A stretch of 63,337 nt of DNA, filler included, from Actinomycetota bacterium (GTDB lineage: Bacteria > Actinomycetota > Acidimicrobiia > Spongiisociales > UBA4744), in NCBI GenBank assembly GCA_013152275.1. It is 3 parts of 3 records of this genome, joined end to end, with 100 filler letters (N's around TTAATTAATTAA, not from the genome) between each part and the next. Parts side by side here need not be neighbours in the genome. Positions count along the whole stretch, not along the records: positions 1 to 31,101 come from JAADGS010000020.1; 2 more parts are not named here. One strand, written 5' to 3'. Position 1 is the stretch's first letter. Every line of letters starts with the position of its first letter. The position numbers and the translations under genes were made by a program. Shown in pieces: positions 1-14,698 of this stretch. The notes beneath the pieces are model-generated. The model was not told the origin of the DNA, ran no database searches, and saw only the letters and a program-made list of their open reading frames with translations.

Positions 1-1
1 C

Positions 2-319
2 GGCAGCCATCCTGCCGTGAAAGCGGCCACCTCCCAGTGGATGTCGTGCATGGCAGAGCAGGGCTATGCCGTCACGTCTAGGGCAGAGCTATTGGGCCAG
101 ATAGAAGGGGCCGTGGCCGAGGAACTCGACAAGGCGGCAACGCTATCTGAGAGCAAGTACTCAGAACTGCTGCGCATGGAACGACGAGCATACTCGGCTG
201 ACCAAGATTGCGGTACCAGCCTCGACGACGCTATTCGGGAGGCAGGGGAGGAGTTCGACGCGCAGTTCCTGGCCACGCATGTCAACGAACTCGCCAGATT
301 CCGCATCGAAAACCGATAG
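2..319 (+). CDS. Partial (5'-truncated) hypothetical protein, probably secreted or a lipoprotein
   Basis: Frame is open from the window start; W-x-x-C-M-x-x-x-G-Y and D-x-x-C motifs recall uncharacterised actinobacterial secreted proteins. Confidence 0.55.
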   Translation, partial: GSHPAVKAATSQWMSCMAEQGYAVTSRAELLGQIEGAVAEELDKAATLSESKYSELLRMERRAYSADQDCGTSLDDAIREAGEEFDAQFLATHVNELARFRIENR

Positions 320-389
320 CTATGGTTCGGGCGGGCGGGAACAACTACCGCTCTGTTCGCGCCCGAGCTCACCAATCAAGGACTACATT

Positions 390-1031
390 GTGACTCCAGT
401 TCTCAAACGCACCGTGCCACACAGAGCTCTTGTGCTGCTGGCGGGCGCCTTTGTGGCGCTGGCTGTTGCCGCATGCTCAGCCAGCCCATCTCCAACTACG
501 TCGTCCCCAGTGACGGGACCAGGCACGTCGACATCCGTCGGCGGCAGCTCGGCGACCACGACGACTCATGCTGTCCCGACAACTCAGACGACAGAGGCTT
601 CCACCACAACGTCTCCTGACGCCCAGCGCGACAACACCGCCCTCATTCAGCTGTTGAAACCGGTCGCGTCGTTGCCGGGGATCTCTCCTGGCGGCTGGGA
701 CCCATCTCACGGCGCACCGTACGAGGCGTACCTCTATCAGCGGGACGGTATTCTCCTGACAATGCTTGCCACCTATGCGGACGGCGATGACCTGGCGATG
801 AAGTACGTCTTCGGCGAGGGCAACGAGATCCCTCCGTCGCAGACGGAGCAGTTCGGCGGCTGGTCGGTCACCCTGTTCAACGCGACTGGCGCTGATGGGA
901 TCTCGGCGGCACGCCTCGACGGGGTATGCGGACTCTACGACCTGTGGGCATTCGCAGCTGTTCCCGACGCGACGGCATTGGCCCCTGACGTCGTGTCTGT
1001 CGCCGACGCTGCGTCGTGTCCAGAGGGCTGA
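390..1031 (+). CDS. Hypothetical lipoprotein with Ser/Thr-rich linker
   Basis: GTG at 390; hydrophobic stretch ending in lipobox VAAC, then S/T-rich linker and globular domain. Confidence 0.7.
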   Translation: MTPVLKRTVPHRALVLLAGAFVALAVAACSASPSPTTSSPVTGPGTSTSVGGSSATTTTHAVPTTQTTEASTTTSPDAQRDNTALIQLLKPVASLPGISPGGWDPSHGAPYEAYLYQRDGILLTMLATYADGDDLAMKYVFGEGNEIPPSQTEQFGGWSVTLFNATGADGISAARLDGVCGLYDLWAFAAVPDATALAPDVVSVADAASCPEG

Positions 1032-1294
1032 TACCGACCAGCACACCCGATCAGCGCGGCCACCAGCCGCTCCAGGGTGAGATCAAGAAGGAAACCGGCA
1101 GCGTTCTCAGTGTGTGCCTGTGAAACAAGACCGATGTACACCGCGCTCGACGATTCGAGTCTGGCCCCGGTCGCAGGGTCGCCGAACCCTGCGAAAACCT
1201 TGATGGACGGATCGCCGCGCTCGACACGGTCCTCTAAGACTGAGCGGCGCCTTCTGGCAACGCAGAGTCTGCTCGCCGCAAGAAACGATCGGCC

Positions 1295-1470
1295 GCTCGT
1301 CTGCACCGACCTGTCGTGGCCTGGCTCGGCACACCGAGGCGGTGCGCTGGTCGCCGGTGAAACGAGCGGAGGTCATCCGGACCGACATCACGACGGTATA
1401 TCGCTCTCTCGGGGACATCTGGAGGATCGAGGCGATGGGGGATTCGATGCGTTGATGTGGACACCTCGCT
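1295..1470 (+). pseudogene. Possible decayed tyrosine integrase C-terminus
   Basis: Broken codons resembling LH-DL..RHT (1301-1335) and a later GHL (1413-1421), next to a tRNA att fragment. Confidence 0.3.
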
Positions 1471-1616
1471 GGATGTGTGGGGCTGCCCAGGACGCGCTCA
1501 GGACGCGTTTCAGTGAGAACCACCGCAAAACACCGAGTACCGATGACAGGACAGAATGCCTGGTCAAAGCACATGTCTAGGCGTTTTCCCAGGTCGGCAT
1601 GACGTGCCAGAACAGT

Positions 1617-1659
1617 CTGTTAATCCGTTTGTCGGGAGTTCGAGTCTCACTTCCGGAGC
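1617..1659 (+). mobile_element. 3' half of tRNA-Asn(GTT); candidate att site of an integrated element
   Basis: CTGTTAA anticodon loop, TCCGT, GGGAG-TTCGAGT-CTCAC T-arm (one mismatch) and TTCCGGAG acceptor 3' strand; no pairing 5' half upstream. Confidence 0.7.
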
Positions 1660-1832
1660 TTGCGGAAACTCCTGCAACCGGGGCTGGTGCATGGACCGTC
1701 GAGAGCCTCGGGGGGTGTTCATGCAGCATGACACGATGGTGATGCGCGTCGTGGGACCAGGTCGGGCGTCGTCGGTAGGGCGGCTGTCGGTCGATGTGGC
1801 CCGGGTGACGGGGGCCTGCGAGTGGGGCCCTC

Positions 1833-1934
1833 CTATCGAATCGGGTTCAAGGTCGCGAGCATCAGCCAGATGATCCCAACCAGCAACAACGTGCCGATCA
1901 CGACCGAATAGGCATCGCGGTGGATTCGCTTCAT
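1833..1934 (-). CDS. 33-aa single-TM protein MKRIHRDAYSVVIGTLLLVGIIWLMLATLNPIR
   Basis: Hand-translated; GGGAGG SD upstream; follows the 63-aa gene in the same orientation. Confidence 0.65.
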   Translation of the reverse strand: MKRIHRDAYSVVIGTLLLVGIIWLMLATLNPIR

Positions 1935-1950
1935 CTCGATGACCTCCCTT

Positions 1951-2142
1951 TCATTGCTCGTCCCGGCGGCGCGGCCAGTGGTCTTGGATCCTGCTCATCT
2001 GCTTCGCCAGCACGATGAGCGCCGCAGCCGAGACTCCGAGCCAGAGGACATCTCCGCGGAACGCGCGGCCCAACCCGTAGACGCCGGCAGCCGCCGCCGC
2101 GAAGAACAGTATCAGTTCGGAGAATCCCTGCCGACGGTTCAT
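1951..2142 (-). CDS. 63-aa two-TM membrane protein
   Basis: ATG overlaps the upstream stop (ATGA); GGAGG SD; two hydrophobic segments. Confidence 0.7.
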   Translation of the reverse strand: MNRRQGFSELILFFAAAAAGVYGLGRAFRGDVLWLGVSAAALIVLAKQMSRIQDHWPRRRDEQ

Positions 2143-3119
2143 GGAGCCTCCGTCTTCCCGACGCTCTCCTCTTGCAGCTCGCCTCCGGTCGACACCAGTT
2201 CGCCCGGAGCGGGGTAGCGATAGATCAATCGGTACAGACGAAGACGACGGGGGAGATCCCGAAGGCCGGGGAGCATGGGCACGGCAAGCAAGAAGATCAG
2301 AGCCGCCACCAGATTCCACAGGACGAAGCCCGTACCGACCGACCCACCCGGGAACTTCACGTGAAAGATCGCAGGGATGATGAGGTACCAAGGTCCCACG
2401 GAAAAGCCCCGCTCTTTCACCATGCCCCATTGGTCATCGGTGAGCCCATTCGTGATGGCGGAGTTCATCATGCCCGGGTGGTCGTAGAGCCAGATCGTCC
2501 CCAACTGCAGCGAGTGCCCCGGGTCCCGACCCACCAGGTACTGTTCGAGGTATCCGCGTTGAGCAAGTGTGAGGTCCGCCCGAACCAGCGTCGGCACCGG
2601 GCCGAAGTCTCCGGTCAGGGTGTCGAGCCGAGCGTAGTCGGGGCTGAGGACCATCCCCAGTGCTTCAGCCTCACCTGTCACCTTCGGGGTGATGGTTCCC
2701 AGGGCCTGTTCATAGGCGCCGGCCCAAGCCTGCCGTTGGGTGGTGCTTGCTTTCTCGTAGGTGCCCACGGCCTGAACAATGTTCGTGCCGAGCAGGGAGG
2801 CAAAGTCGCTCACGGGTCCGAGGACGAAGACCTGACTCGGCTCTCCCATCCCATGCGAGCCGACGTTTGCCCACGAGGCGGATGTTCCGTTGAGCTCCTG
2901 GGTGAAGGCGAGGACTGCCCCACCGGGATCGTCCTGAGAGACTCCGGCAATGGTGTCCCTCGGCCAGTTGGGCGAGCCCACGATGAAGGCGAGAGCGATC
3001 AGCAGGATGGCCAGGCCGCCGGCGATCAGCGGGTACTTCCAAAAACAGTGTCGAACGAGATGTCCCGGAGGCTGATCCGACATCTTGGTTTGCTCCGGCA
3101 CGGTATCCGTGTGTTCCAT
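2139..3119 (-). CDS. Membrane protein partner of the cytochrome b6-like gene (subunit-IV-like, with a large extracytoplasmic insert)
   Basis: One N-terminal TM, ~190-aa soluble domain, GPWY, then two C-terminal TMs; GAGG SD. Confidence 0.75.
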   Translation of the reverse strand: MEHTDTVPEQTKMSDQPPGHLVRHCFWKYPLIAGGLAILLIALAFIVGSPNWPRDTIAGVSQDDPGGAVLAFTQELNGTSASWANVGSHGMGEPSQVFVLGPVSDFASLLGTNIVQAVGTYEKASTTQRQAWAGAYEQALGTITPKVTGEAEALGMVLSPDYARLDTLTGDFGPVPTLVRADLTLAQRGYLEQYLVGRDPGHSLQLGTIWLYDHPGMMNSAITNGLTDDQWGMVKERGFSVGPWYLIIPAIFHVKFPGGSVGTGFVLWNLVAALIFLLAVPMLPGLRDLPRRLRLYRLIYRYPAPGELVSTGGELQEESVGKTEAP

Positions 3120-3137
3120 CGTCCTCTCCTTAGATCC

Positions 3138-3794
3138 TCACAGTGGGCGGGCGATACCCTGAAGGCGCACCAACGTCACATGGGCGAAGATCAGGGCGAA
3201 CATGATCACCGGGATGACTGCCACATGGATCGCGAGATCCACGGTGAAGTTCGCCGCCGAAAACAGGTTGAAGAAGAACGGTTCGGTGAACAGCATGTCG
3301 CTGGAGTGCATGGCCACAAACTGCGACTCCCAGTCTCCGCGCGCGAGGAGGCCGAACAGGTTCTCGCCAAGGCCGAGGAGCAGGGTGATCGTCCCGATGG
3401 CCCAGTTCAGCCGGCGCCGACCCCGGTAAGCTCCGGTTGCCCATACCCGGACCAGGTGCAGCACCAGGAAGAAGAAGAACGCCTGGGCGCTCCAATAATG
3501 GGAAGCCTTGATCACTTGACCTACGGGGCTGGTGAGCCACCAGAATGGGCCCAGCCAGGCAAGCAGGATCCCGGTGATGGTCAAGTAGAGGAACATGAGG
3601 AAGGTGATCCCTCCCATGCAGTACCAGTACGACTCTGCATAGAACGGCGCAGATTTCTTGAACAGCGCCCCCCAGGGTGGGAGGTAGGCGAACGATTCCA
3701 GTACCGCTCTCAGATAGCCATGCTCGGCGACGCGATCTCCAAATGCGTCCTCCGGCTCGGCGCTCACCTCGTCGCTCTCAACCGACACGCTCAC
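3138..3794 (-). CDS. Cytochrome b6-like protein (cytochrome b N-terminal domain)
   Basis: YCMGGITF; His pairs SHYWS..LHLVRV and IH-x14-H; W-x-x-G; C-terminal QGIARPL. Confidence 0.9.
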   Translation of the reverse strand: MSVSVESDEVSAEPEDAFGDRVAEHGYLRAVLESFAYLPPWGALFKKSAPFYAESYWYCMGGITFLMFLYLTITGILLAWLGPFWWLTSPVGQVIKASHYWSAQAFFFFLVLHLVRVWATGAYRGRRRLNWAIGTITLLLGLGENLFGLLARGDWESQFVAMHSSDMLFTEPFFFNLFSAANFTVDLAIHVAVIPVIMFALIFAHVTLVRLQGIARPL

Positions 3795-4415
3795 ACCTCC
3801 CGCCTTTCTTCGGCCACCTTACCCCTCGGGAGAACACTAGGTGCCTGCTGAGTACTACACGGCATCTCGGCGAACGTGCGTCGCCATTCGACATGGATCA
3901 CCGCCACGGTTCCCGGCGGATGCAGGAGGCCGGGTCGATCTGCATCGACCCGTTCCATTCTCCGACCTTTCGAATCCGGCGGCAAGAGCCATCACGTTCG
4001 CCCGCGATCCGGCATCGGACCGGGGCTGTGGAATGGAACGCGGAACGCGAGACACGAAGCGCGTGATCCGAGGCACCGGGTACGAGGTGCATCCACCGAC
4101 GGTGTCGGTGGCCGGACCGATCCGAGCCATCCCTGGGAGCGGTATCGACTCGCCGGCCTCGACATCGTCGACCTGGACCTGTCGTGACTCTGCGGCCGGA
4201 TGGCTGTTCAATTCCGCTCAGCGCGTGGATGGAACTGCCACTCGACTTGGCAAAGCTTCCGTGTGGGCAGGAGCTTGGCGCTGTATCGTGAGGGCATGAA
4301 CGAGGTCGTCGCCGAGGGTCGTCATGACTTGTCACGGGGCTCGGGGGTCCATCCTCTTGCGGGTCGTCGAGCAGTTCGGCACGACGGTGCCGTGGGACAC
4401 TGACCGGTCTGCACC

Positions 4416-5063
4416 ATGCCGGGATTCTCATTCTTCATCACCCTCACCGCTGGTGTCTTGGCATGGACCATGCAACGTCTCCCGAAGATCGGCGTTGCCG
4501 GAGGCTTCGGCCTCGCCCTGTTGTTCGTCATCGCCGGCAGTGTCCTCGACCGGGACCCGAGTGGGTGGATCAGCGGGGTCACGTTCGTTGCCGTCGTTAC
4601 GGGAGGTGCGCTCCTCGGACGGATCCTGCCGGCCGGATGGGGGCCCATGGCGGTGTTGCTGGGGGTGCTCGCCACCATTGACATCATCTGGATCACGTCT
4701 GGCGGGGCGGCGAGTGATGCGGTACGGACCGTCGCGACTCTCACAGTTCGAAGTGGGAACTCCACGGCGGCGATCGGCACCGGGGATATCCTCCTCGCGG
4801 CAGCGATCGCGTCCCACTGGCGTAGTCGCGGCGCGCGCTTCGCGCCGGCCATCGCAGGTGCGCCGCTCGGCATGATCCTTGCCAATCTGTTCTTTGCCGT
4901 CTCCGGGGTAGCCAACCTTGCACTCGTTCCGTTCATCGCCGTGGGGTGGATCGGTACAGAAGTGTGGTGGAGGCGTATGGCGGGAACGGTCGTCACCGTC
5001 GGTGGAGAACTTGGGGCAACCGAACGCCGGGCCGAGCAAGACCACCGGCGCTCTGCACGGTGA
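4416..5063 (+). CDS. Polytopic membrane protein; candidate GxGD-type intramembrane aspartyl protease
   Basis: Several TMs; LATIDII, IGTGDIL and LALVPFI in presenilin/SPP motif order. Confidence 0.55.
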   Translation: MPGFSFFITLTAGVLAWTMQRLPKIGVAGGFGLALLFVIAGSVLDRDPSGWISGVTFVAVVTGGALLGRILPAGWGPMAVLLGVLATIDIIWITSGGAASDAVRTVATLTVRSGNSTAAIGTGDILLAAAIASHWRSRGARFAPAIAGAPLGMILANLFFAVSGVANLALVPFIAVGWIGTEVWWRRMAGTVVTVGGELGATERRAEQDHRRSAR

Positions 5064-5439
5064 CCGACGGAGCCGCGACGGTGCTTGCAGGTGAGGTCAG
5101 CTCGCTCGGGCATCGTTCATTTCGTCGGACCTGCAAGTTGGTCACGTGCGGCGACCGCTTCGGCTCGGCGGCGACCACGGTACAGCCATCCATGATGTGG
5201 CCAATGGCGGTATGGGGCGCGGGGGCCGCCAATCCGGTGACTCCGCACACCACCGGCGCTTCCGACACGACACAGTCGCACCTTCTCACCGACCACCTCG
5301 CCGGTGCGTCCGGCATCCTGACCACCTGATGGCGCCGATCGTTGCCGAGACCGGACCGAGTCTCACGGTCGACTCTGGCGAGCAGGGCGAGGGGCGGGTG
5401 CAAACACCGAGTGCGTTCGGCATCATGGGATCCGCTCGA

Positions 5440-6357
5440 TCAACCGACTGTCACCGAGGGTGGTTGTTCCTCCGAGACCGCCGTCCCGGGTGTCGTGAAC
5501 AGTGGCTTGAACAGCCACACGGCAAGAGCCAGGAGGGCAAGGCCAAAGCCTACGAATACGGCCGTGCCCACCGATGAGGCGGCAGGATCATCGTTTACCA
5601 TCATGACCACTCCCATACCGGCAACGGCGGTGGCGAGGAGGGCGCCCCACCCGATCACCGTGTACATGAGCTTCTTCGCCCAGGTCGCTCCGCGCAGTAT
5701 GCCGACACCGGTGACGATCGCGACCGGTACCACGATGCCGAGGTCCATCAACTTGACAATCCAGAAGACGGTCGGGCTTTGGGTGTATTCGACGCCGTAT
5801 GGCGCGCCGCCGATCACGTCCACGAGGCCCGGGAGGTGCAGGCCGAACGTCAGGAATGCCGCCAGGAAGAAGATCACCGTTACCGCCGTCCGACGCATTA
5901 CGACGGACGGTTCGGGCAGCTTCCGTTGGTCGACGGCGTTCCACGCCATGACGAACGCGGCTCCCCCAAGAAGGAATACGGCGAGGAAGAGCGGAAAGAA
6001 CCGCTCGCTGTTTCCCGGTCGCGAGGCGAACTCTCCACCGATCGTGAGTTGGGTGTACACGTAGATGGCGTAGCCGGCGGGAGCGAGTGCGACGACCGGG
6101 CCGGCGGGGTGGCTCCGCAAGGTGAGGACACCGGCCGCGAGCGCCGCCGGTGCCACCAGGATGAGCCCGATGGCGTCGCCGCCGACTATCTGGTTGAGGA
6201 GGTCGTCGACCACGTGATAGTTGATCAGGTGGAATCCGAGCGGACCGAGCAACGTCGCCGCAGCGACGCCGATGCCGAGACCGAACAACACGATCGCAAG
6301 TTGGCGCGCCGGACGACTCTCGCGTTCTGCTCGCGTCGACGCGGTCTGTGATGCCAT
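5440..6357 (-). CDS. Multi-pass membrane protein of unknown function
   Basis: About 8 hydrophobic segments; ATG at 6357 with TATGGT 6 nt upstream. Confidence 0.8.
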   Translation of the reverse strand: MASQTASTRAERESRPARQLAIVLFGLGIGVAAATLLGPLGFHLINYHVVDDLLNQIVGGDAIGLILVAPAALAAGVLTLRSHPAGPVVALAPAGYAIYVYTQLTIGGEFASRPGNSERFFPLFLAVFLLGGAAFVMAWNAVDQRKLPEPSVVMRRTAVTVIFFLAAFLTFGLHLPGLVDVIGGAPYGVEYTQSPTVFWIVKLMDLGIVVPVAIVTGVGILRGATWAKKLMYTVIGWGALLATAVAGMGVVMMVNDDPAASSVGTAVFVGFGLALLALAVWLFKPLFTTPGTAVSEEQPPSVTVG

Positions 6358-6367
6358 CCTCGAACCA

Positions 6368-6570
6368 TACAGCAACACCGCCGGCGTCTTCCCCCTCCGA
6401 CGGTCCACCGTACATCTCATCTGCGCCCTGCCCGCCGAGCAGCATGACGAAGCGCCGATCGTATGTCGGTACGTGAGCCTCGAATCCCTCGTCGAGACCC
6501 GGATCCTGGTCATCGAACCCGACCATCTCGAGGAGGTGACATCGCCGCTCGAACCGGCATTCGGCCGGAA
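6368..6570 (+). mobile_element. IS256-family transposase C-terminal remnant
   Basis: Translates as AGVFPLRRSTVHLICALPAEQHDE..RYVSLESL, matching the IS256 tail VGIFPN..RLVGAVLAEQHDEW..RYLS. Confidence 0.7.
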
Positions 6571-6755
6571 TGGAACCTGTAAGGTCGGCACGAGATCACC
6601 CATACATCATGTCTCGAGACGTGACCCGACCCGGGTACGAAGTGTGTGGGTCACCGGCTCATGTGATGGAAGCGAGCACATGAAGTCGCCGGATCGAGCC
6701 CGGTCGTGGCGCGGACTCCCAATCCTTCCGATCGATGGAGGCGGCAGGCCGAGGC

Positions 6756-8194
6756 TCAGCAGGGAAGGTCGCTGTGACCCATCAGGTACTCGTCGACCGC
6801 CCGCGCACACCGGCGACCCTCGTTGATGGCCCATACCACCAACGATTGGCCACGACGCATGTCTCCGGCAGCGAAGACACCGGGCACGCTCGTTGCATAG
6901 TTGTCGGTGTCCGCCGCCACGTTCCCACGCCGATCGAGCTCGACACCGAGTTGCTCGAGTAGGCCCTCGTGGACGGGGCTGACAAACCCTGTTGCCAACA
7001 GGACGAGATCCGTCTGCAGCGCGAACTCGCTTCCGGCGACCTGGGTCATCACCCATCGCCCATCGACCTGCTTCCAGTCGACTCCGATACCTCGCAGCGT
7101 CTCGACTCGTCCGGCCGAGCCTTCGAACGAAGTGGTGGCAACCGACCACAAACGCTCGCAACCCTCCTCGTGAGATGTGGACGTTCGCAGCTTCGTCGGC
7201 CAGTTGGGCCAGATGAGCATCTTGTCGGGATGCTCCGGAGGCCGGGGCAAGAGCTCCAGTTGCGTGACGGAGGCAGCACCCTGCCGGTTCGCGGTTCCGA
7301 CACAGTCGGCGCCGGTGTCGCCACCGCCGATGACCACAACGTGCCTGCCTTCGGCGGTGATCTGTTCCAGATCACCGGGGAACTCGCGGCCGACCCTTCG
7401 GTTCTGCAGGGTCAAGAATGACATCGCAAAATGAATCCCGTCGAGATCGCGCCCAGGGATGAGGAGATCTCGGGGCTTCTCACACCCGGCCGCCAATACC
7501 AGTGCGTCGTATTTGCTGACGAGGCGTTCCACCGGCACGTTTACGCCGACATGGCTGTTGACACGGAACTCGACACCCTCTGCCTGCATTTGCGCCAGCC
7601 GACGGTCGATAACCGACTTCTCGAGCTTGAAATCCGGGATCCCATAGCGGAGAAGGCCGCCGATCTTGGCGTTCTTTTCGAACACCTCGACCTGGTGGCC
7701 CGCCCGGGACAACTGCTGCGCCGCGGCCAAACCGGAGGGCCCCGACCCGATGACCGCGACGCGTCTATCGGTGTGTCTTCCGGGGATCTTGGGGTCGATC
7801 CACCGGTTCTGCCAGGCCTTTTCGATGATCGCGTACTCGATCGTCCTGATGGTCACCGGTGCATCGTGGAGATTGAGTGTGCACGCCTCCTCGCAGAGTG
7901 CCGGACAGACCCGGCCGGTGAACTCGGGGAAGTTGTTCGTCGAATGCAGCACGTCGACGGCCTCGCGCCAGTCGCCCCGATATACGAGGTCGTTCCAGTC
8001 CGGAATGATGTTGCCGATCGGACAGCCAACATGGCAGTACGGGACGCCACAGTCCATGCAGCGGGATCCTTGCTTCGCCACCGCCTCGTCCGTCAATGGA
8101 ATCGAGAACTCGCGATAGTTCTTCCGGCGCTCCTCCACCGGCAGGTAGCCACGCTCTTGGCGTTCGATCTTCTGGAATCCTGTCGGTGAGCCCA

Positions 8195-8195
<1 letters not shown>
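6756..8195 (-). CDS. gltD: Glutamate synthase small subunit
   Basis: [39 protein letters not shown] overlap with gltB. Confidence 0.97.
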
Positions 8196-12805
<4,610 letters not shown>

Positions 12806-12925
12806 ATTCCCTCACATCCGGTCGGTAGCCGACCAACCGGTTCTGGGTGAGAGTACCCAGAGGTCGGTCATTCTGCGAAGAATGAGGGCTATAGGAGGCG
12901 GCTCACGACGGGAATCCGCTTCTAT

Positions 12926-13210
12926 CGCTCTTCACGTTGGGGCGCGGCGTGTTGTGAACTCCGGGGTGTAATCCTGAGATCGATCGATACGGGCGAGGGT
13001 CCCGCCATGCTGCGGAATGTGCGTTTGTGGGAGCGGAGGCTCTTGTCGGTGGTGCAAGGTGGTGGCGGTGCGACCGTCCCGGTGGGAACGCCCGGGTTCG
13101 CGGTCGGTGCCACCGAGGTCGTGACCGGTGAGCGGTGGCCGTATGTGGAGACGACCACCAATGTCGTGGGCCATCCGGGGTACGGCATCCGGGCGGTGGG
13201 TCACGCGGTC
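12926..13210 (+). mobile_element. Degenerate ISL3-family element (5' remnant)
   Basis: GCTCTTC-type end, MLRNVRLW start like IS1557-type transposases, frameshifted VVAVRP..GRC..ERW pieces; G-rich strand bias. Confidence 0.5.
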
Positions 13211-13444
13211 CTGAAAGGTGATGCAGGATCTGCCGAACTCAGGCGGACCGACGGTGCCGGTGTAGGCGACGCGTTGCTTGCGGTGTCCGGGTGCGGACCG
13301 TCAGGTCACGGCGCGGTCGGTGATGTCGAGTGGCATTGCTGTCCGGGCGGTCTTGCCTCGATAGGCCTGTGGAGGTCTGGCCTGCGATTCGTTCGCGGCC
13401 GGAGCCAGGCGCCGTTCAGCTCGTCAGACTTCTCGTTGTGCCGG

Positions 13445-14650
13445 CTAGAACCGTCGACGGAACCAGTTCTTCTCGAAGAGCACCTTTCCGAGGTGCCAGC
13501 GGCGGCCGGCCTTGTGGAGCTTGATCTGAGGGGTGGGTTCGGTGTAGAAGTCGCCACGGCCGAAACCTGCTCTGCCGCCGCCTGTCTCGATGAAGCATTC
13601 GCCGTATCCGTCGTACCGTACCGGTTCACCCTTTCCGGTGATCTCTCTGGCGATGTTCTGCGCGACCACTGCCGCCTGGTGTTCGGCGAATACTCCTGCC
13701 ATGGGTAGAGGCTTTCCCATCATGAGGGGAATCACGGTCACATCCCCAATCGCGTACACATCGCGGAACTGCGTATCCATCGTGTTGCGGTCCACGGGGA
13801 TCCAACCCGAATCGTCGACAAGACCGGCCTCACGGACAACGCGTGGAGCGCGGTGGGGTGGCACATAGGCGAGCAGATCGAAGTCTGCGTGTGCGTCATT
13901 GTCGAACACGATGCGTCGCGCTTGAGCGTCAACCCGTATGACTTGGTGTCGGGGGTAGTAGCCGATCCCGTTGTCTTCAACCATCCGGCGTACCCCTGCT
14001 GATACTTCGGGGCCGGTGACGCCCATGGGTGCGGGCTCGGCGGTATACAGGTCAACTCGGCTCTTGTCACCGATTCCTCGCTTACGGCAATAGTCCTTGA
14101 TGAGCATCGCTGCTTCATACGGTGCCGCCGGGCACTTGTAGGCGGGGGTCGCCGTGAGGACGATGATCCGTCCACCATCGAAGGCCTCGAGGGCGTCGCG
14201 GAGGCTCTTGGCGTTGGCCAGCGTGTAGAAGTTGTGCCCGGCTTCTGCCAGGCCCGGGATGCTGCCGGGGGCAAGTTCGACACCGAGTGACACAATGAGG
14301 TAGTCGGCATCCAGATCCCGGCGTCCACTGCCAGGCCTGCCCGAGACAGGATCATCCTCCAAAGATCGGTCGACGACGTGTACGCGGCGCTCTTCAGGTT
14401 CGATCCGCTCGATCTCACCGTGTGCGACCTCGATGCCTTTCCTGGCGAGCCGCTCGAGGGGACGACCTATTTCGCGAACGGTGCGTTGTCCGGTCATGAG
14501 CCACAACAAGGATGGAGCGAACAGGTGGTCGCGTTCGCGGTCGACGATGATCACTCGATGCTGTTCAGGCAACTCCTTACGCAGCGATGTCGCCGCTACC
14601 ACTCCGCCTATTCCACCACCCAGAATCACGGTGGTCTTGGCATCGCTCAT
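13445..14650 (-). CDS. FAD-dependent oxidoreductase, sulfide:quinone oxidoreductase/FCSD-like
   Basis: ILGGGIGG, YKCPAAPYE, VYAIGD, PMAGVFA, C-terminal ECFIE. Confidence 0.85.
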   Translation of the reverse strand: MSDAKTTVILGGGIGGVVAATSLRKELPEQHRVIIVDRERDHLFAPSLLWLMTGQRTVREIGRPLERLARKGIEVAHGEIERIEPEERRVHVVDRSLEDDPVSGRPGSGRRDLDADYLIVSLGVELAPGSIPGLAEAGHNFYTLANAKSLRDALEAFDGGRIIVLTATPAYKCPAAPYEAAMLIKDYCRKRGIGDKSRVDLYTAEPAPMGVTGPEVSAGVRRMVEDNGIGYYPRHQVIRVDAQARRIVFDNDAHADFDLLAYVPPHRAPRVVREAGLVDDSGWIPVDRNTMDTQFRDVYAIGDVTVIPLMMGKPLPMAGVFAEHQAAVVAQNIAREITGKGEPVRYDGYGECFIETGGGRAGFGRGDFYTEPTPQIKLHKAGRRWHLGKVLFEKNWFRRRF

Positions 14651-14698
14651 TGCGTTTCCCGTCGGTTCGTCGAACACGTCTCACCCTGGCCGGCCATG

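Noticed and set aside
935..1306. Overlapping ORFs downstream of the lipoprotein gene
   Set aside because: No recognisable motif or start signal.
1580..1660. Intact tRNA-Asn
   Set aside because: No D-arm, 5' acceptor strand or pairing anticodon stem; kept only as an att fragment.
2172..3851. Long + strand ORF (559 aa) and similar ones such as 17747-19813, 21122-22993, 23040-24680 and 39365-40831
   Set aside because: Antisense shadows of well-supported genes in high-GC DNA.
3800..4400. Possible Rieske or cytochrome c gene upstream of the b6-like gene
   Set aside because: No CxH/CxxH or CxxCH motif in the listed ORFs and no convincing gene.
5084..5138. Inverted repeat CTTGCAGGT...ACCTGCAAG
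   Set aside because: A 9-bp stem with a long loop and no other support.
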